Shown: piece after piece, positions 29,320-39,569 of the stretch
Layout: each line of letters opens with the position of its first letter
Position numbering within the stretch: position 1 is the stretch's first letter
Position numbers and translations under genes: made by a program
Assembly (NCBI GenBank): GCA_963750935.1
Contig: CAVVSR010000004.1
Coordinates: 148,902 to 212,901, forward strand
Direction of reading: 5' to 3'
Source: an uncultured Acidobacteriota bacterium
GTDB taxonomy: Bacteria; Acidobacteriota; Vicinamibacteria; Vicinamibacterales; 2-12-FULL-66-21
DNA length: 64,000 nt
Notes under the pieces: model-generated
What the model was told of the DNA's origin: nothing
Database searches by the model: none
Seen by the model: only the letters and a program-made list of their open reading frames with translations

Positions 29320-30499
29320 ATGGCGTTACCTCTAGCCGAGATGCAACGCGCCCTCGAAGAAGAAGGGCTGGACGGGTGGTTGCTCTACGACTTCCAGGGG
29401 TCGAACCCGATCGCCACGCGCCTCTCCGGGCTCGCCGCCAGCAAGAAGATGACGACGCGGCGCTGGTATTACCTGATTCCGGCGAAGGGCGAGCCGCGCG
29501 GCCTGGTGCACGCGATCGAGCGCCACAATCTCGACGCCCTGCCGGGAGAGAAACGGCCGTACGCCGGGCGGGACCGCCTCGTCGCCGGCCTGAAGGAACT
29601 GCTGACCGGCATCCGTCGCGTGGCGATGGAGTACTCGCCGGGCAACAACATTCCGTACATCTCCCGCGTCGATGCCGGCACGATCGAAAGCGTCCGCGAC
29701 CTCGGCGTCGAGGTGGTGTCGTCGGGTGATCTCGTGCAGCGGTTCGAAGTGTGGTCCGACTACGCGCTGGCCACCCATCGGGAGGCCTCCGACGCGCTCT
29801 ATCGGATCAAGGACCAGGCCTTCGCGCTCGTGCGCGAACGGCTGGCCTCGGGCACGACGACCACGGAATACGACGTGCAGCAGGCGATGCTCGGCTGGTT
29901 CATGCAGGAAGGGCTGATTGCGGACGATACGCCGAATGTCTCAGCTCAGGAGAATGCCGGCAATCCGCACTATCACCCCTCTCGCGACGTCCATCGCACC
30001 ATTCGTCCCGGAGAGATCCTGTTGCTGGATCTCTGGGGTAAGCTCAACCGACCCAGCGCGGTGTTTGCGGACATCACCTGGGTCGGGTTCACGGGTCCGG
30101 TCGTGCCGGAGGAATATGCGCGCGCATTTGCCGCGGCCTGCGCCGGACGGGACGCCGCCATCGAGCTCGTCCAGAGCGCGGCGCGCAGCGGGCGGGAACT
30201 GCGGGGCTACGAAGTCGACCGCGCCTGCCGGGCGGTAGTGGAGCGCGCCGGCTATGGCCCGCAATTCATCCATCGCACCGGCCATAGCCTCGGAGAGACC
30301 GTCCACGGCAACGGCGTGCACCTCGACGATTACGAAACGCACGACGATCGCCGGCTGATCCCGGGAACTGGGTTTACGATCGAGCCTGGGGTCTACACGG
30401 ATCGATTCGGGGTGCGGACGGAGATCAACATGTTCGTTGGACGGTCGCGATGCCGTCGTCAGCGGCGACGTCCAGCGGGAGATCGTCAGGCTCGGGTAA
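29320..30499 (+). CDS. M24 family metallopeptidase (Xaa-Pro aminopeptidase/dipeptidase-like). One frame break near the 3' end.
   Basis: Track ORF 28885..30927 is over-extended at both ends. ATG 29320 (MALPLAEMQRALEEEGLDGWLLYDF). Motifs: DITWVGF, HRTGHSLGETVHG, FTIEPGVY, RTEINMFV. Removing one T at about 30437 gives ...FVDGRDAVVSGDVQREIVRLG* with the stop at 30497-30499. Confidence 0.83.
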
Positions 30500-30526
30500 A
30501 ACGTCAGGCCATCAGGAGAACAGGAA

Positions 30527-32075
30527 ATGTCCACGCGGAAGACGACGCTCTTTTACGGCTTTCTCATAGCGATCGCCTCGTTGGCCGTCGGCATGGTGAT
30601 CGCGTCACAGTGGGGGCTGCCCCAGGCGTCCTCGGCGCAGACGGTCAACGTGCCGGCTTCGAACACCGCCGCGCTCAACGGACCGATCGACGCGCAGACG
30701 TTCCGCAACATCGCCAAGGCGCAGAGCCCGACCGTCGTCAACGTCCAGACGATGAGCCGCAGGAGCAGCCGCGAGCTGACGGAGTTCTTCGGCGGCAACG
30801 ACGATCTCCTGCAGCGGTTCTTCGGTGGCCAGCAGCCGCGCCAGCGCGGCCGCGGCCAGGCGGAACCGCCGCCCACAGGAAGGCACCGGCACCGGCTTCA
30901 TCATCGACAAGGCCGGCTACATCCTGACCAACAACCACGTGGTCGAAGGGGCCGACGACATCCGCATCGCGCTCTTCAACGCCGGCCGCAACGAGACCTA
31001 CGCGGCGAAGGTCGTCGGCCGTGACGCCCTCACCGACACCGCGCTGATCCAGCTGACCGACATGCCCTCGTCGCCGCTTCAGGAGGCGCGCTTCGGCGAC
31101 TCGTCGCTGATGCAGCCGGGCGACTGGGTCGTGGCGATCGGCAACCCGTTCCGGCTCAGTCACACGGTCACGGTCGGCGTGATCTCGGCGCTGGGCCGTC
31201 CGCTCGGCGGGACGACCGGGCGCCCGGTCAACATGCTGCAGACGGATGCGGCGATCAACCCGGGCAACTCGGGCGGTCCGCTCCTCAACGTCCGCGGCGA
31301 AGTGGTCGGCATCAACACCGCCATCTACACCGACGCGCAGCGCGCGGCCAACATCGGCATCGGCTTCGCCACGCCGATCAACGGCGTTCGCGATCTGCTG
31401 CCGCAGCTGCGCACCGGCAAGGTGGTCCGCGGCGTCATCGGCGTGCGCGTGAGCGCCGATCCGATCAGCAAGGAGATGGCGCAGGGTCTCGGCCTCCCCG
31501 GCGCGGGCGGCGCGCTGCTGTCGCAGGTCACCGCGGGCGGACCGGCAGAGAAGGCCGGCCTCCAGCCCGGCGACGTCATCGTCGAGTTCAACGGCCGTCC
31601 GGTTGCCGACAACGAGGCGCTGGTCAACTCCGTCGTCGGCACCAAGCCGGGGACGACGGTGCCGTTGACGGTGTTCCGCAACAAGCAGCGGCGGACGATG
31701 AACGTCACGATCGACGAGCTCGATCTGGAGGCGGAAGAAGGACGCGCCGCGTCGCGGGGCGGCACCCGGCCGGAGGAAGAACCGACCGCGACCGGGTTCG
31801 GCATGGAGGTCGGGGCGATCACGCCGGAGATCGCCCGCGAGCTGCAGCTGCCGCGCAACCGCGGTGGAGCGATCGTGCTCGATGTCGAGCGCAACAGCCC
31901 GGCCGCCGCGGCCGGCATCCGTCCGAACGACGTGATCCTCGAGGTGAACCAGCAGCCGGTCGCCAACGTGAGCCAGGTGCAGCGGGAGCTCCAGCGCGCC
32001 ACGGCCGGCCAGCCGGTGTTCCTGCTGATCCGCCGCGACGACCAGGACGTGTTCGTGACCATGACCAAGCGCTGA
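30527..32075 (+). CDS. htrA: HtrA/DegP-family serine endoprotease with two PDZ domains. One frame break.
   Basis: Track ORFs 30527..31024 (real to about 30860) and 30825..32075. AGGAGA RBS and an N-terminal TM anchor. Catalytic triad contexts: TNNHVV, DTALIQL, GNSGGPLLN. Confidence 0.88.
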
Positions 32076-32083
32076 GCGCGGGG

Positions 32084-32950
32084 TTGGCGGCGCCCCCGAC
32101 ACGACGTCTTCCCCGGCGAACCTGGATCGGTCTGCTGGTGATGGTCGTGTCGGAAGCGGCCACGCTCGCGGACATCCAGCCCTTCCCGGTGTGGAACACC
32201 CCGATCGCCTGGACCGGCTACATCCTGTTCGCCGACGGGCTGGTCTGGTATCGACGCGGCAGTTCATGGCTGACGCACGCCAGGGCCGAGTTCCTGTTCC
32301 TGGCGTTCGCGTCCGTTCCGCTGTGGCTGATCTTCGAGCTGTACAACACGCACGCCATTCACAACTGGCACTACGTCGGGCTTCCCGAATCGATCCCGCT
32401 CCGTTATGCCGGCTACGCGTGGTCGTTCGCGACGATCTGGCCGGCCATCTTCGAGAGCGGGGACCTGGTCTCCGCGCTGCGCGATCGACGGGCCGACCGC
32501 AATCGGGCCGCGCCGGCCGTCAGGCACCGGCTCGACGCGACGGGCTGGCTGAGCATTGCGGCGGGTGCCCTGATGCTGATCGTGCCGGTCGTCTACCCGT
32601 CGCAGTACCTCGCCGCGCCGGTCTTCCTGGGGTTCATCTTCCTGCTCGATCCCATCAACGCCCACGTCGGCGCCGAATCGCTGCGCGGGGACTTCCGGGC
32701 GGGCCGCTACGGACGGCTCATCAACCTGCTGGCCGCCGGGCTGATTTGCGGGGTGCTGTGGGAGTTCTGGAACTACTGGGCCGAGGCCAAATGGATCTAC
32801 GACGTCCCGATCCTGCCGCGCTGGCGGATCTTCGAGATGCCGGTGCTCGGATACGGCGGCTTTCCGGCCTTTGCCGTCGAGTGCTTCACGATGTACGTAG
32901 CTCTGCGGCATGTGATCTGGCGTGCTGGATCGCGGCCAATCTCTATATAA
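32084..32950 (+). CDS. Polytopic membrane protein, function unknown
   Basis: 288 aa with a TTG start in the track. Arg-rich N-terminus followed by about 7 hydrophobic helices. GC3-rich codons. Confidence 0.65.
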   Translation: MAAPPTRRLPRRTWIGLLVMVVSEAATLADIQPFPVWNTPIAWTGYILFADGLVWYRRGSSWLTHARAEFLFLAFASVPLWLIFELYNTHAIHNWHYVGLPESIPLRYAGYAWSFATIWPAIFESGDLVSALRDRRADRNRAAPAVRHRLDATGWLSIAAGALMLIVPVVYPSQYLAAPVFLGFIFLLDPINAHVGAESLRGDFRAGRYGRLINLLAAGLICGVLWEFWNYWAEAKWIYDVPILPRWRIFEMPVLGYGGFPAFAVECFTMYVALRHVIWRAGSRPISI

Positions 32951-33002
32951 TGAGCGGCTTCGCCGCCCGCGTAACGGCCGGTCGATCGAAGGAGCTTCTG
33001 GA

Positions 33003-33599
33003 ATGTCTCCGACATCGCTCGAGCGTGAAGTCAAACTGAGGTTCGACACCGTGGAAGAGGCTCGCGCGGCTGTCCTCGCCGCCGGCTGCACGCCGCGCCT
33101 GGGCCGGCGGCTTCAGGCCGACGCGCTCCTCGACAGCGAGGACGAGCAGCTGCGCCGCCGCCGCTGCGTGCTTCGCGTCAGGGTCGAGAACGGCAAGAGC
33201 CGGGTCACGTTCAAGGGTCCGGTGCAGCCATCAATCATGAAGCTGCGCGAGGAGCACGAGACCCTGGTCGGAGACGGCGAAGTGCTGCTCAAGATCTTCG
33301 AGGAGCTGGGTCTGCACATCTGGTTCCGCTACGAGAAGTATCGCGAGGAGTTCTCGCACGACGACGTGATCGTGGCGATTGACGAAACGCCGGTCGGCGT
33401 CTTCGTCGAGATCGAAGGCGGTGAGCAGGGAATCGAGGCGACCGCGGCCGCGCTCGGTCGCACGCCGGCGGACTACATCGTGGATTCGTACCGCAGCGTG
33501 TTCCTGCAATATCGCGACGCGCTCGGCCTCACGACGTCCGACATGGTGTTCGAGGAAGAACCGGCCATGCTCCGCGTGCGGGCGGCCGACGTCCTCTGA
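33003..33599 (+). CDS. CYTH-domain protein (CyaB/ThTPase family triphosphate tunnel metalloenzyme)
   Basis: Within track ORF 32922..33599. ATG 33003 with AAGGAG upstream. Hallmark EREVKL (ExExK) at the N-terminus, plus VFVEIEG. Confidence 0.83.
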   Translation: MSPTSLEREVKLRFDTVEEARAAVLAAGCTPRLGRRLQADALLDSEDEQLRRRRCVLRVRVENGKSRVTFKGPVQPSIMKLREEHETLVGDGEVLLKIFEELGLHIWFRYEKYREEFSHDDVIVAIDETPVGVFVEIEGGEQGIEATAAALGRTPADYIVDSYRSVFLQYRDALGLTTSDMVFEEEPAMLRVRAADVL

Positions 33600-33621
33600 T
33601 CGCGCACTGTCGCGTGCCCGT

Positions 33622-34590
33622 GTGCGCTGCCTGATTCTCACTGCCGGCCTCGGCACCCGACTGCGCCCCTTGACCTTCGTCCGCGCCAAGGCCGCCGTGC
33701 CGGTCAACGGCGAGCCGATCGCGCGCCGCGTGATCGCCTGGCTGGTGTCCCAGGGGCTGACCGATCTGGTGCTCAACCTGCACCATCGTCCTGAATCGAT
33801 CGCGGCAGTGGTCGGCGACGGCCGCGATCTCGGCGCACGGGTGCGCTACTCGTGGGAGAACCCCGTGCTCGGATCGGCCGGCGGGCCGCGCCGCGCGTTG
33901 CGGCTGCTGGTGGAACCCGCGGCCCCAGGCGCTCGCGAACAACCGTCGTTCGTGATCGTGAACGGCGATACGCTGACCTCGCTGCCGCTCGGCGCCATGA
34001 TCGCCGCACATCAGGCGTCCGGCGCGCTGGTGACCATGGCGCTGATCCCCAACCCTCGTCCCGATCTCTACGGTGGCGTGCGGGTCGAAGGCGGGTGGGT
34101 CACTGGCTTCACGCGCCGCGGCGTCACACAGCAGAGCTATCACTTCATCGGCGTGCAGGTCGTGAACGCGTCGGTGTTCGCGCCGCTGGCGGACGGGGTT
34201 CCTGCTGAAACGGTGATGCAGCTGTATCCCGAGCTGCTCGGATCGCGCGGCGATGCCATCGCCGCCCATATCGTCGACGCCCCATTCCAGGACGTCGGCA
34301 ACCCGGCGGAGTACCTGCAAACGTCGCTCGACCTGGCCGCCGTCGAAGGGGATCGCCTGGTGAGCGCGGTCGACGTGATAATCGATCCCGCGGCTCGCGT
34401 CAGCCGCACCGCGGTCTGGAATCACGTTCGCATCAGCGCCCGCGCTGCCCTCGAGGACTGCATCGTCTGCGACCGTGTCCAGGTACCCGAAGGCGCCACC
34501 TATCGCCGGTGTGCGATCGCTCCCAACCGGGGCGAGACGCTGCGCGAGGACGAATACGTCGAGGGCGATCTGGTCATCAGGCGGTTTTAG
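33622..34590 (+). CDS. Sugar-1-phosphate nucleotidylyltransferase family protein with a C-terminal left-handed beta-helix-like extension
   Basis: Within track ORF 33379..34590; GTG 33622. LILTAGLGTRLRPLT (GxGTRLxPLT signature), VNGDTL. Confidence 0.78.
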   Translation: MRCLILTAGLGTRLRPLTFVRAKAAVPVNGEPIARRVIAWLVSQGLTDLVLNLHHRPESIAAVVGDGRDLGARVRYSWENPVLGSAGGPRRALRLLVEPAAPGAREQPSFVIVNGDTLTSLPLGAMIAAHQASGALVTMALIPNPRPDLYGGVRVEGGWVTGFTRRGVTQQSYHFIGVQVVNASVFAPLADGVPAETVMQLYPELLGSRGDAIAAHIVDAPFQDVGNPAEYLQTSLDLAAVEGDRLVSAVDVIIDPAARVSRTAVWNHVRISARAALEDCIVCDRVQVPEGATYRRCAIAPNRGETLREDEYVEGDLVIRRF

Positions 34591-34599
34591 GGATAGGAA

Positions 34600-34650
34600 G
34601 CACGTTCGCACTGAGCACGTTCGCACGTAGCACGTGGCACGTAGCACGTG
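34600..34650 (+). repeat. Tandem 7-8 nt array, about 7 copies of GCACGTN, containing two CACGTG palindromes
   Basis: The GCAC core recurs at 34600, 34608, 34615, 34623, 34630, 34637 and 34644. CACGTG occurs at 34631-34636 and 34645-34650. Confidence 0.85.
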
Positions 34651-34662
34651 GATGAGGCGCCT

Positions 34663-35688
34663 ATGACCGAAGTACGGACCGCGGATACCATCGAACAACG
34701 TGAACGCATCGACGTCTATCTCGGCCGGGCCGGGATAACCGATCGGAATCCGCGTGTGGTGCCGCTGACCGGCGACGCCTCCGACCGCCGCTATTACCGG
34801 ATCCTCACGCCGGACGCCCCGCCAATCGTCCTCGCGCTCTACGCCGCGCCGTTCGACATCGACGCGATGCCGTTCGCCAACGTCGCCCGGCTGCTCGAGA
34901 AGATGCCGGTGCCGATTCCGCGCATCCTCGGCCACGCCGACGACATCGGGGTGCTGGCGCTCGAGGATCTCGGCGACGTGACGCTGCAGGCGCACCTGGG
35001 AGCATCCAGCCCGACGCATCATGCGTCCCTGTACCGGCAGGCGGTCGCCTTGATCGCCACGCTGCAGCGGCGCGGCGCCGAGCTCGAAGCGCCGGACTTC
35101 CTCCCCTACCGCATCGCCTTCGACGTCGAGAAGCTGACCTGGGAGATGGAGTTCTTCACGAAGCACTTCATCGAGGCGTATCGCGGCGTCCTGATTCCGC
35201 CGGTGGTGCGCGAAGCGCTGCGCGAGGAGTTCGCCGCGATCATCGACGAGCTCGCGTCGGAGCCGCGCGTCCTCTGTCATCGGGACTATCACAGCCGCAA
35301 CCTGATGGTGCACGAGGACACGCTGTACATCATCGACTTCCAGGACGCGCGCATGGGCCCCGACACCTACGACCTGGTGTCGCTGCTCCGGGACTCCTAC
35401 GTCGATCTCCCCGAACACACGGTCGGTGAGCTGATCGCGTACTTCCTCGCGCTCAAGGGCCAGACCGAGCGCGAGGCGGAGTACCGGGATCGCTTCGACG
35501 TCATGGCGTTGCAGCGTAATCTCAAGGCGCTGGGGACGTTCGGCTATCAGACGACCGCCCGCCGCAACCCCGTCTATATCCAATACATCCCGCGCACGCT
35601 TCGCTACGTCCGGGACAACCTCGAGCGGCAGCCGCGTTTCGCACGGCTCCGCGAGGTCCTCGCCGCGCACGTGGACGAATTCCGCTAG
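34663..35688 (+). CDS. Aminoglycoside-phosphotransferase-fold kinase, AmgK-like (anomeric MurNAc/GlcNAc kinase family, COG3178)
   Basis: Track ORF 34648..35688. I prefer ATG 34663 (GAGG 5 nt upstream) because GTG 34648 lies in the repeat. GDASDRRYYRI, CHRDYHSRNLMV, IIDFQDA. Confidence 0.78.
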   Translation: MTEVRTADTIEQRERIDVYLGRAGITDRNPRVVPLTGDASDRRYYRILTPDAPPIVLALYAAPFDIDAMPFANVARLLEKMPVPIPRILGHADDIGVLALEDLGDVTLQAHLGASSPTHHASLYRQAVALIATLQRRGAELEAPDFLPYRIAFDVEKLTWEMEFFTKHFIEAYRGVLIPPVVREALREEFAAIIDELASEPRVLCHRDYHSRNLMVHEDTLYIIDFQDARMGPDTYDLVSLLRDSYVDLPEHTVGELIAYFLALKGQTEREAEYRDRFDVMALQRNLKALGTFGYQTTARRNPVYIQYIPRTLRYVRDNLERQPRFARLREVLAAHVDEFR

Positions 35689-35768
35689 CGCCGGACCGCG
35701 CTAGGCGGCCTGCCCCGGCGCGGAGTACAATCAGAGGTTCGCTGGCAGCTGTAACCGTCTGAGATCGC

Positions 35769-36608
35769 ATGCGCTTCGGGATTTCCACGCACCTGTTTCA
35801 CGATCAGAAGCTCGACCGCAGCCACCTGGCGCTGATTGCCGGCTACGGATTCGATGCCATCGAGCTCTTCGCGACGCGGAGTCATTTCGACTACCAGGAT
35901 GCGTCGGCGATCGATGCGCTGGCGGAGTGGCTGAGCGAGACTGGCCTCAGGCTCCACAGCGTGCACGCGCCGATCACCGACCGGTTCGGGGCTGGAGACG
36001 AGTGGGCGGCGACATTCTCGAACGCCGTGACCGACCCGGCTCGGCGTCAGGCGGCGGTGCAGGAAGCGGCGGCGGTGCTGCTGATGGCCAGGCGGCTGCC
36101 GTTCAAGGTGCTGGTCGTGCACCTCGGCACGCCCGAGGGCAGGGAGGCGCCGGGCGACAACAACCGCGGCGCCGCCACGCGCAGCGCCGAGGAAATCTGC
36201 CGGCTGGCGGAGCCGTTCGGCGTACGCGTCGCCCTCGAGGTGATTCCGAATGTGCTGTCGACGCCGGCGTCGCTGACCGAGCTGATCGAACGCGACCTCG
36301 ATGCGCCGGTCGCGGGCATCTGCCTCGACTTCGGCCATGCGTTCCTGGGTGGCGACGTGCCCGATGCGATTGAAACGGTGGCGGAACATCTGATCGCCAC
36401 CCACGTGCACGACAACCATCGGCGCCGCGACGAGCACCTGGTTCCGTACCTCGGGTCGATCGATTGGGACGCGGCGCTGATGTCGATGCAGAAGATCGGC
36501 TACGACGGCATGTATCTGATGGAGCTGGCCAACACCAGCACGCCGGCGGCCGTGCTCGAGGAAGCACGCCGCGCGCGGCAGCGGTTCGAGAAGGCAATGT
36601 CGTACTGA
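35769..36608 (+). CDS. Sugar phosphate isomerase/epimerase (xylose-isomerase-like TIM barrel)
   Basis: 279 aa. [37 protein letters not shown]. Confidence 0.83.
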   Translation: MRFGISTHLFHDQKLDRSHLALIAGYGFDAIELFATRSHFDYQDASAIDALAEWLSETGLRLHSVHAPITDRFGAGDEWAATFSNAVTDPARRQAAVQEAAAVLLMARRLPFKVLVVHLGTPEGREAPGDNNRGAATRSAEEICRLAEPFGVRVALEVIPNVLSTPASLTELIERDLDAPVAGICLDFGHAFLGGDVPDAIETVAEHLIATHVHDNHRRRDEHLVPYLGSIDWDAALMSMQKIGYDGMYLMELANTSTPAAVLEEARRARQRFEKAMSY

Positions 36609-36613
36609 AGCTT

Positions 36614-37906
36614 ATGCTCGCCTATATCCAGGACATCGCGCGCCACGAAGGCCAGACCGTCACCCTGCGCGGGTGGCTGCACAACCGCCGCTCGAGCGGG
36701 AAGATTCACTTCCTGACCGTCCGCGACGGCAGCGGCTTCATCCAGTGCGTCATGTCGAAGAAGGCGATCGGCGACGAGGTCTTCACGCAGGCCGACCACC
36801 TCTCGCAGGAGAGCGCCATCATCGTCGACGGCACCGTCCGCGCCGACACCCGTGCGCCCGGCGGCTACGAGCTCGACGTGACGCGGCTCGAGGTCGTGGC
36901 GCCGGCCACCGACTACCCGATCACGCCGAAGGAACACGGCGTCGACTACCTGATGGATCGCCGGCACTTGTGGATCCGGGCGCCGCGCCAGCACGCCATC
37001 CTCCGCATTCGCCACGAAGTGATCGACGCGGTTCGCGACTTCTTCAACTCGCGTGACTTCATCCTGGCGGATACGCCGATCTTCACGCCGTCGGCCTGCG
37101 AAGGCACGACCACGCTCTTCCCGGTTCAGTACTTCGACGACGAGACGGCGTATCTGACGCAGAGCGGCCAGCTGTACAACGAAGCCAACGCGATGGCGCT
37201 CGGTCGCGTCTACTGCTTCGGCCCGACGTTCCGCGCCGAGAAGTCGAAGACCCGCCGCCATCTCACCGAGTTCTGGATGGTCGAGCCCGAAGTCGCCTAC
37301 GCGACGCTGGACGACGTGATGGCGCTCGCCGAAGGGCTGGTCGTGTCGGTGGTGCAGCGGGTGTTGGAACGCCGGCAGCCCGAGTTGAAGGTGCTCGAGC
37401 GCGACACCACGAAGTTGGAGCGCGTCACGTCCCCGTTCCCGCGCATCTCGTATGACGACGCGGTCGCGATCGTCAAGCGCAAAGGATTGCCGTTCGAGTG
37501 GGGCGGCGACTTCGGCGCGCCGGACGAGACCGCGATTTCCGAGGAGTTCGACCGGCCGGTCTGCGTGCACCGCTACCCGTCCGCGGTGAAGGCCTTCTAC
37601 ATGAAGCCGGATCCGGATCGACCGGAGGTGGCGCTCGGCGTCGACGTGCTCGCGCCCGAGGGCTACGGCGAGATCATTGGCGGCGGTGAGCGTCTCGGCG
37701 ACTACGACCTGCTGATCCAGCGCATCAAGGAACACAAGCTGCCGCAGGAAGCCTTCGAGTGGTACCTGGATCTCCGCCGCTTCGGCAGCGTGCCGCACGG
37801 CGGCTTCGGCATGGGCATCGAGCGCGTCGTCAGCTGGATCTGCGGCCTCGATCACCTGCGCGAGGCGATTCCTTATCCGCGGATGCTCTACAGGATTTAC
37901 CCATGA
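36614..37906 (+). CDS. asnS: Asparagine--tRNA ligase
   Basis: Within track ORF 36464..37906; ATG 36614. [37 protein letters not shown]. 430 aa. Confidence 0.92.
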   Translation: MLAYIQDIARHEGQTVTLRGWLHNRRSSGKIHFLTVRDGSGFIQCVMSKKAIGDEVFTQADHLSQESAIIVDGTVRADTRAPGGYELDVTRLEVVAPATDYPITPKEHGVDYLMDRRHLWIRAPRQHAILRIRHEVIDAVRDFFNSRDFILADTPIFTPSACEGTTTLFPVQYFDDETAYLTQSGQLYNEANAMALGRVYCFGPTFRAEKSKTRRHLTEFWMVEPEVAYATLDDVMALAEGLVVSVVQRVLERRQPELKVLERDTTKLERVTSPFPRISYDDAVAIVKRKGLPFEWGGDFGAPDETAISEEFDRPVCVHRYPSAVKAFYMKPDPDRPEVALGVDVLAPEGYGEIIGGGERLGDYDLLIQRIKEHKLPQEAFEWYLDLRRFGSVPHGGFGMGIERVVSWICGLDHLREAIPYPRMLYRIYP

Positions 37907-37928
37907 CAACTCATGGCGACGCCGACAA

Positions 37929-38059
37929 CTCCCAACTCCCAAGGGGAATCGCTCGACGCAGATCGGCCAATGCCGCGCGAAGCGAGGCTTGTTGGGAATG
38001 CTTCCACGCCGCTCTCGCGAGCCTCCGCGATTCGGGAGTTGGGAGTTGGAGATTGGGAG
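37929..38059 (+). repeat. Inverted heptamer arrays (CTCCCAA)x2 ... (TTGGGAG)x4 flanking an 89-nt spacer. Same element family as at 14970-15042.
   Basis: Left arm ctcccaa ctcccaa (37929-37942). Right arm tcgggag ttgggag ttggaga ttgggag (38032-38059). It lies between asnS and rimO. Confidence 0.8.
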
Positions 38060-39476
38060 TTGAAGATCGGCTTCCTCTCACTCGGCTGCCCGAAGAACCT
38101 CGTCGACGGCGAGGTGATGCTCGGCATCGCGCGGGACGCGGGTCACGAGATCACGTCCGACTCGGCGGCCGCCGACGTCCTCGTGGTCAACACCTGCGCG
38201 TTCATCGACAACGCCAAGGAAGAATCGATCAACGCGATTCTCGAGATGGCGGCGCTGAAGCGGGCCGGCAACTGCTCCCGGCTGGTCGTCACCGGCTGCC
38301 TGGCCGAGCGATACCGCGACGAGCTTCGCCGTGAGATTCCGGAGATCGACGCGCTGCTCGGCACCGGCGAGGTGCCGCAGATTCTCGATGCGCTCGGCGC
38401 GTCCGAGGCGCGGGTCCCGAGCCACGACAGCCGGCCGGCTGCGCTGCCCTTCTACACGAAGTCGCCGGCGAGACCGGCACCGATGCCGGCGCCCGTCGCG
38501 CCGCCCGACTACATCTACGACGCGGACACGCCGCGGCTGCTGACGACGCCGGGGCACTTCGCCTACGTCAAGATCGCCGAGGGCTGCGACTACACCTGCG
38601 CGTTCTGCATCATTCCGACGCTGCGCGGCGCCTATCGCAGCCGGACGGTCGATTCGATCGTGCGCGAAGCGCGGTCGCTGGCGGAACGCGGCGTGCGCGA
38701 GCTCCTGCTGATCTCGCAGGACACCAGCTTCTACGGCATCGATCGCGGCGAGCGTGGATCGCTGGCGCGGCTGCTGCGCGAGCTCAATCGCGTCGAGGGG
38801 CTGACCTGGATCCGGTTGCTCTATCTCTATCCCGACCACCATCACGGACGACGTCCTGGAGGCGATGGCGGAGTGCGAGAAGGTCTGCCGCTACGTCGAC
38901 CTGCCCCTGCAGCACGCGTCGGCTGATGTGCTGCGGCGGATGCGGCGTCCGGGCAACCGCGCGACCTACGACAAGCTGCTCGCCCGGATCCGCGACCGCG
39001 TCCCGGGCGTCACACTGAGGACGACCTTCATCGTCGGGTTCCCGGGCGAGACCGATCAGGATTTTGCCGAGCTGGACGCGTTCATCGCGGATACCGGCTT
39101 CGACCACGTCGGCGTGTTCACCTATTCGCACGAGGAGGGCACGCGGGCGCACGCGCTGGCGGACGACGTGCCGGCAGCGATCAAGCGCAAGCGGCGGGAC
39201 GCCCTGATGAGGCGGCAGAAGCGGATCGTCGCGGCGGCGCAGCGAGCGCGGCGCGGCGTCGAGATCGACGTCCTGATCGACGGGCCCTCTCCGGAGCACG
39301 ACCTGGTCCTGCAGGGACGCACCGAAGGCCAGGCCCCCGATATCGACGGGGTCGTGTACCTAACCGACTGCGACGTGGAGAGTTACCGTCCAGGTGCCCT
39401 GGTGCGGGCCCGGATTGTCGACAGCCGGGACTACGATCTGGTCGCCACCCCGGCGGCCGTGGCGGTGCCTTCCTGA
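38060..39476 (+). CDS. rimO: Ribosomal protein S12 methylthiotransferase RimO. One frame break.
   Basis: Track ORFs 37913..38926 (N-terminal extension is spurious) and 38865..39476. TTG 38060 (or 38039) gives KIGFLSLGCPKNLVDGE. Radical-SAM motif CDYTCAFC. Junction at about 38838: LYLYPD | TITDDVLEAM. Confidence 0.87.
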
Positions 39477-39542
39477 GCCTCTCCGACGGCAACCGTTGTT
39501 TTTTGATATATTTGGGGGTGCCAGCTTCGAGGAAAAACCCGA

Positions 39543-39569
39543 GTGGGCCCGTGCCCACTTTTTGTATTT
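39543..39569 (+). terminator. Intrinsic-terminator-like hairpin GTGGGC-ccgt-GCCCAC followed by TTTTTGTATTT
   Basis: Read directly, 67 nt after the rimO stop. An A-run lies upstream (gaaaaa). Confidence 0.5.

Noticed and set aside
1711-38062. Heptamer arrays as possible CRISPR or other spacer-containing arrays.
   Set aside because: The units are 7 nt, directly tandem and without unique spacers. The arrays are only 28-55 nt long, and no cas genes are present.
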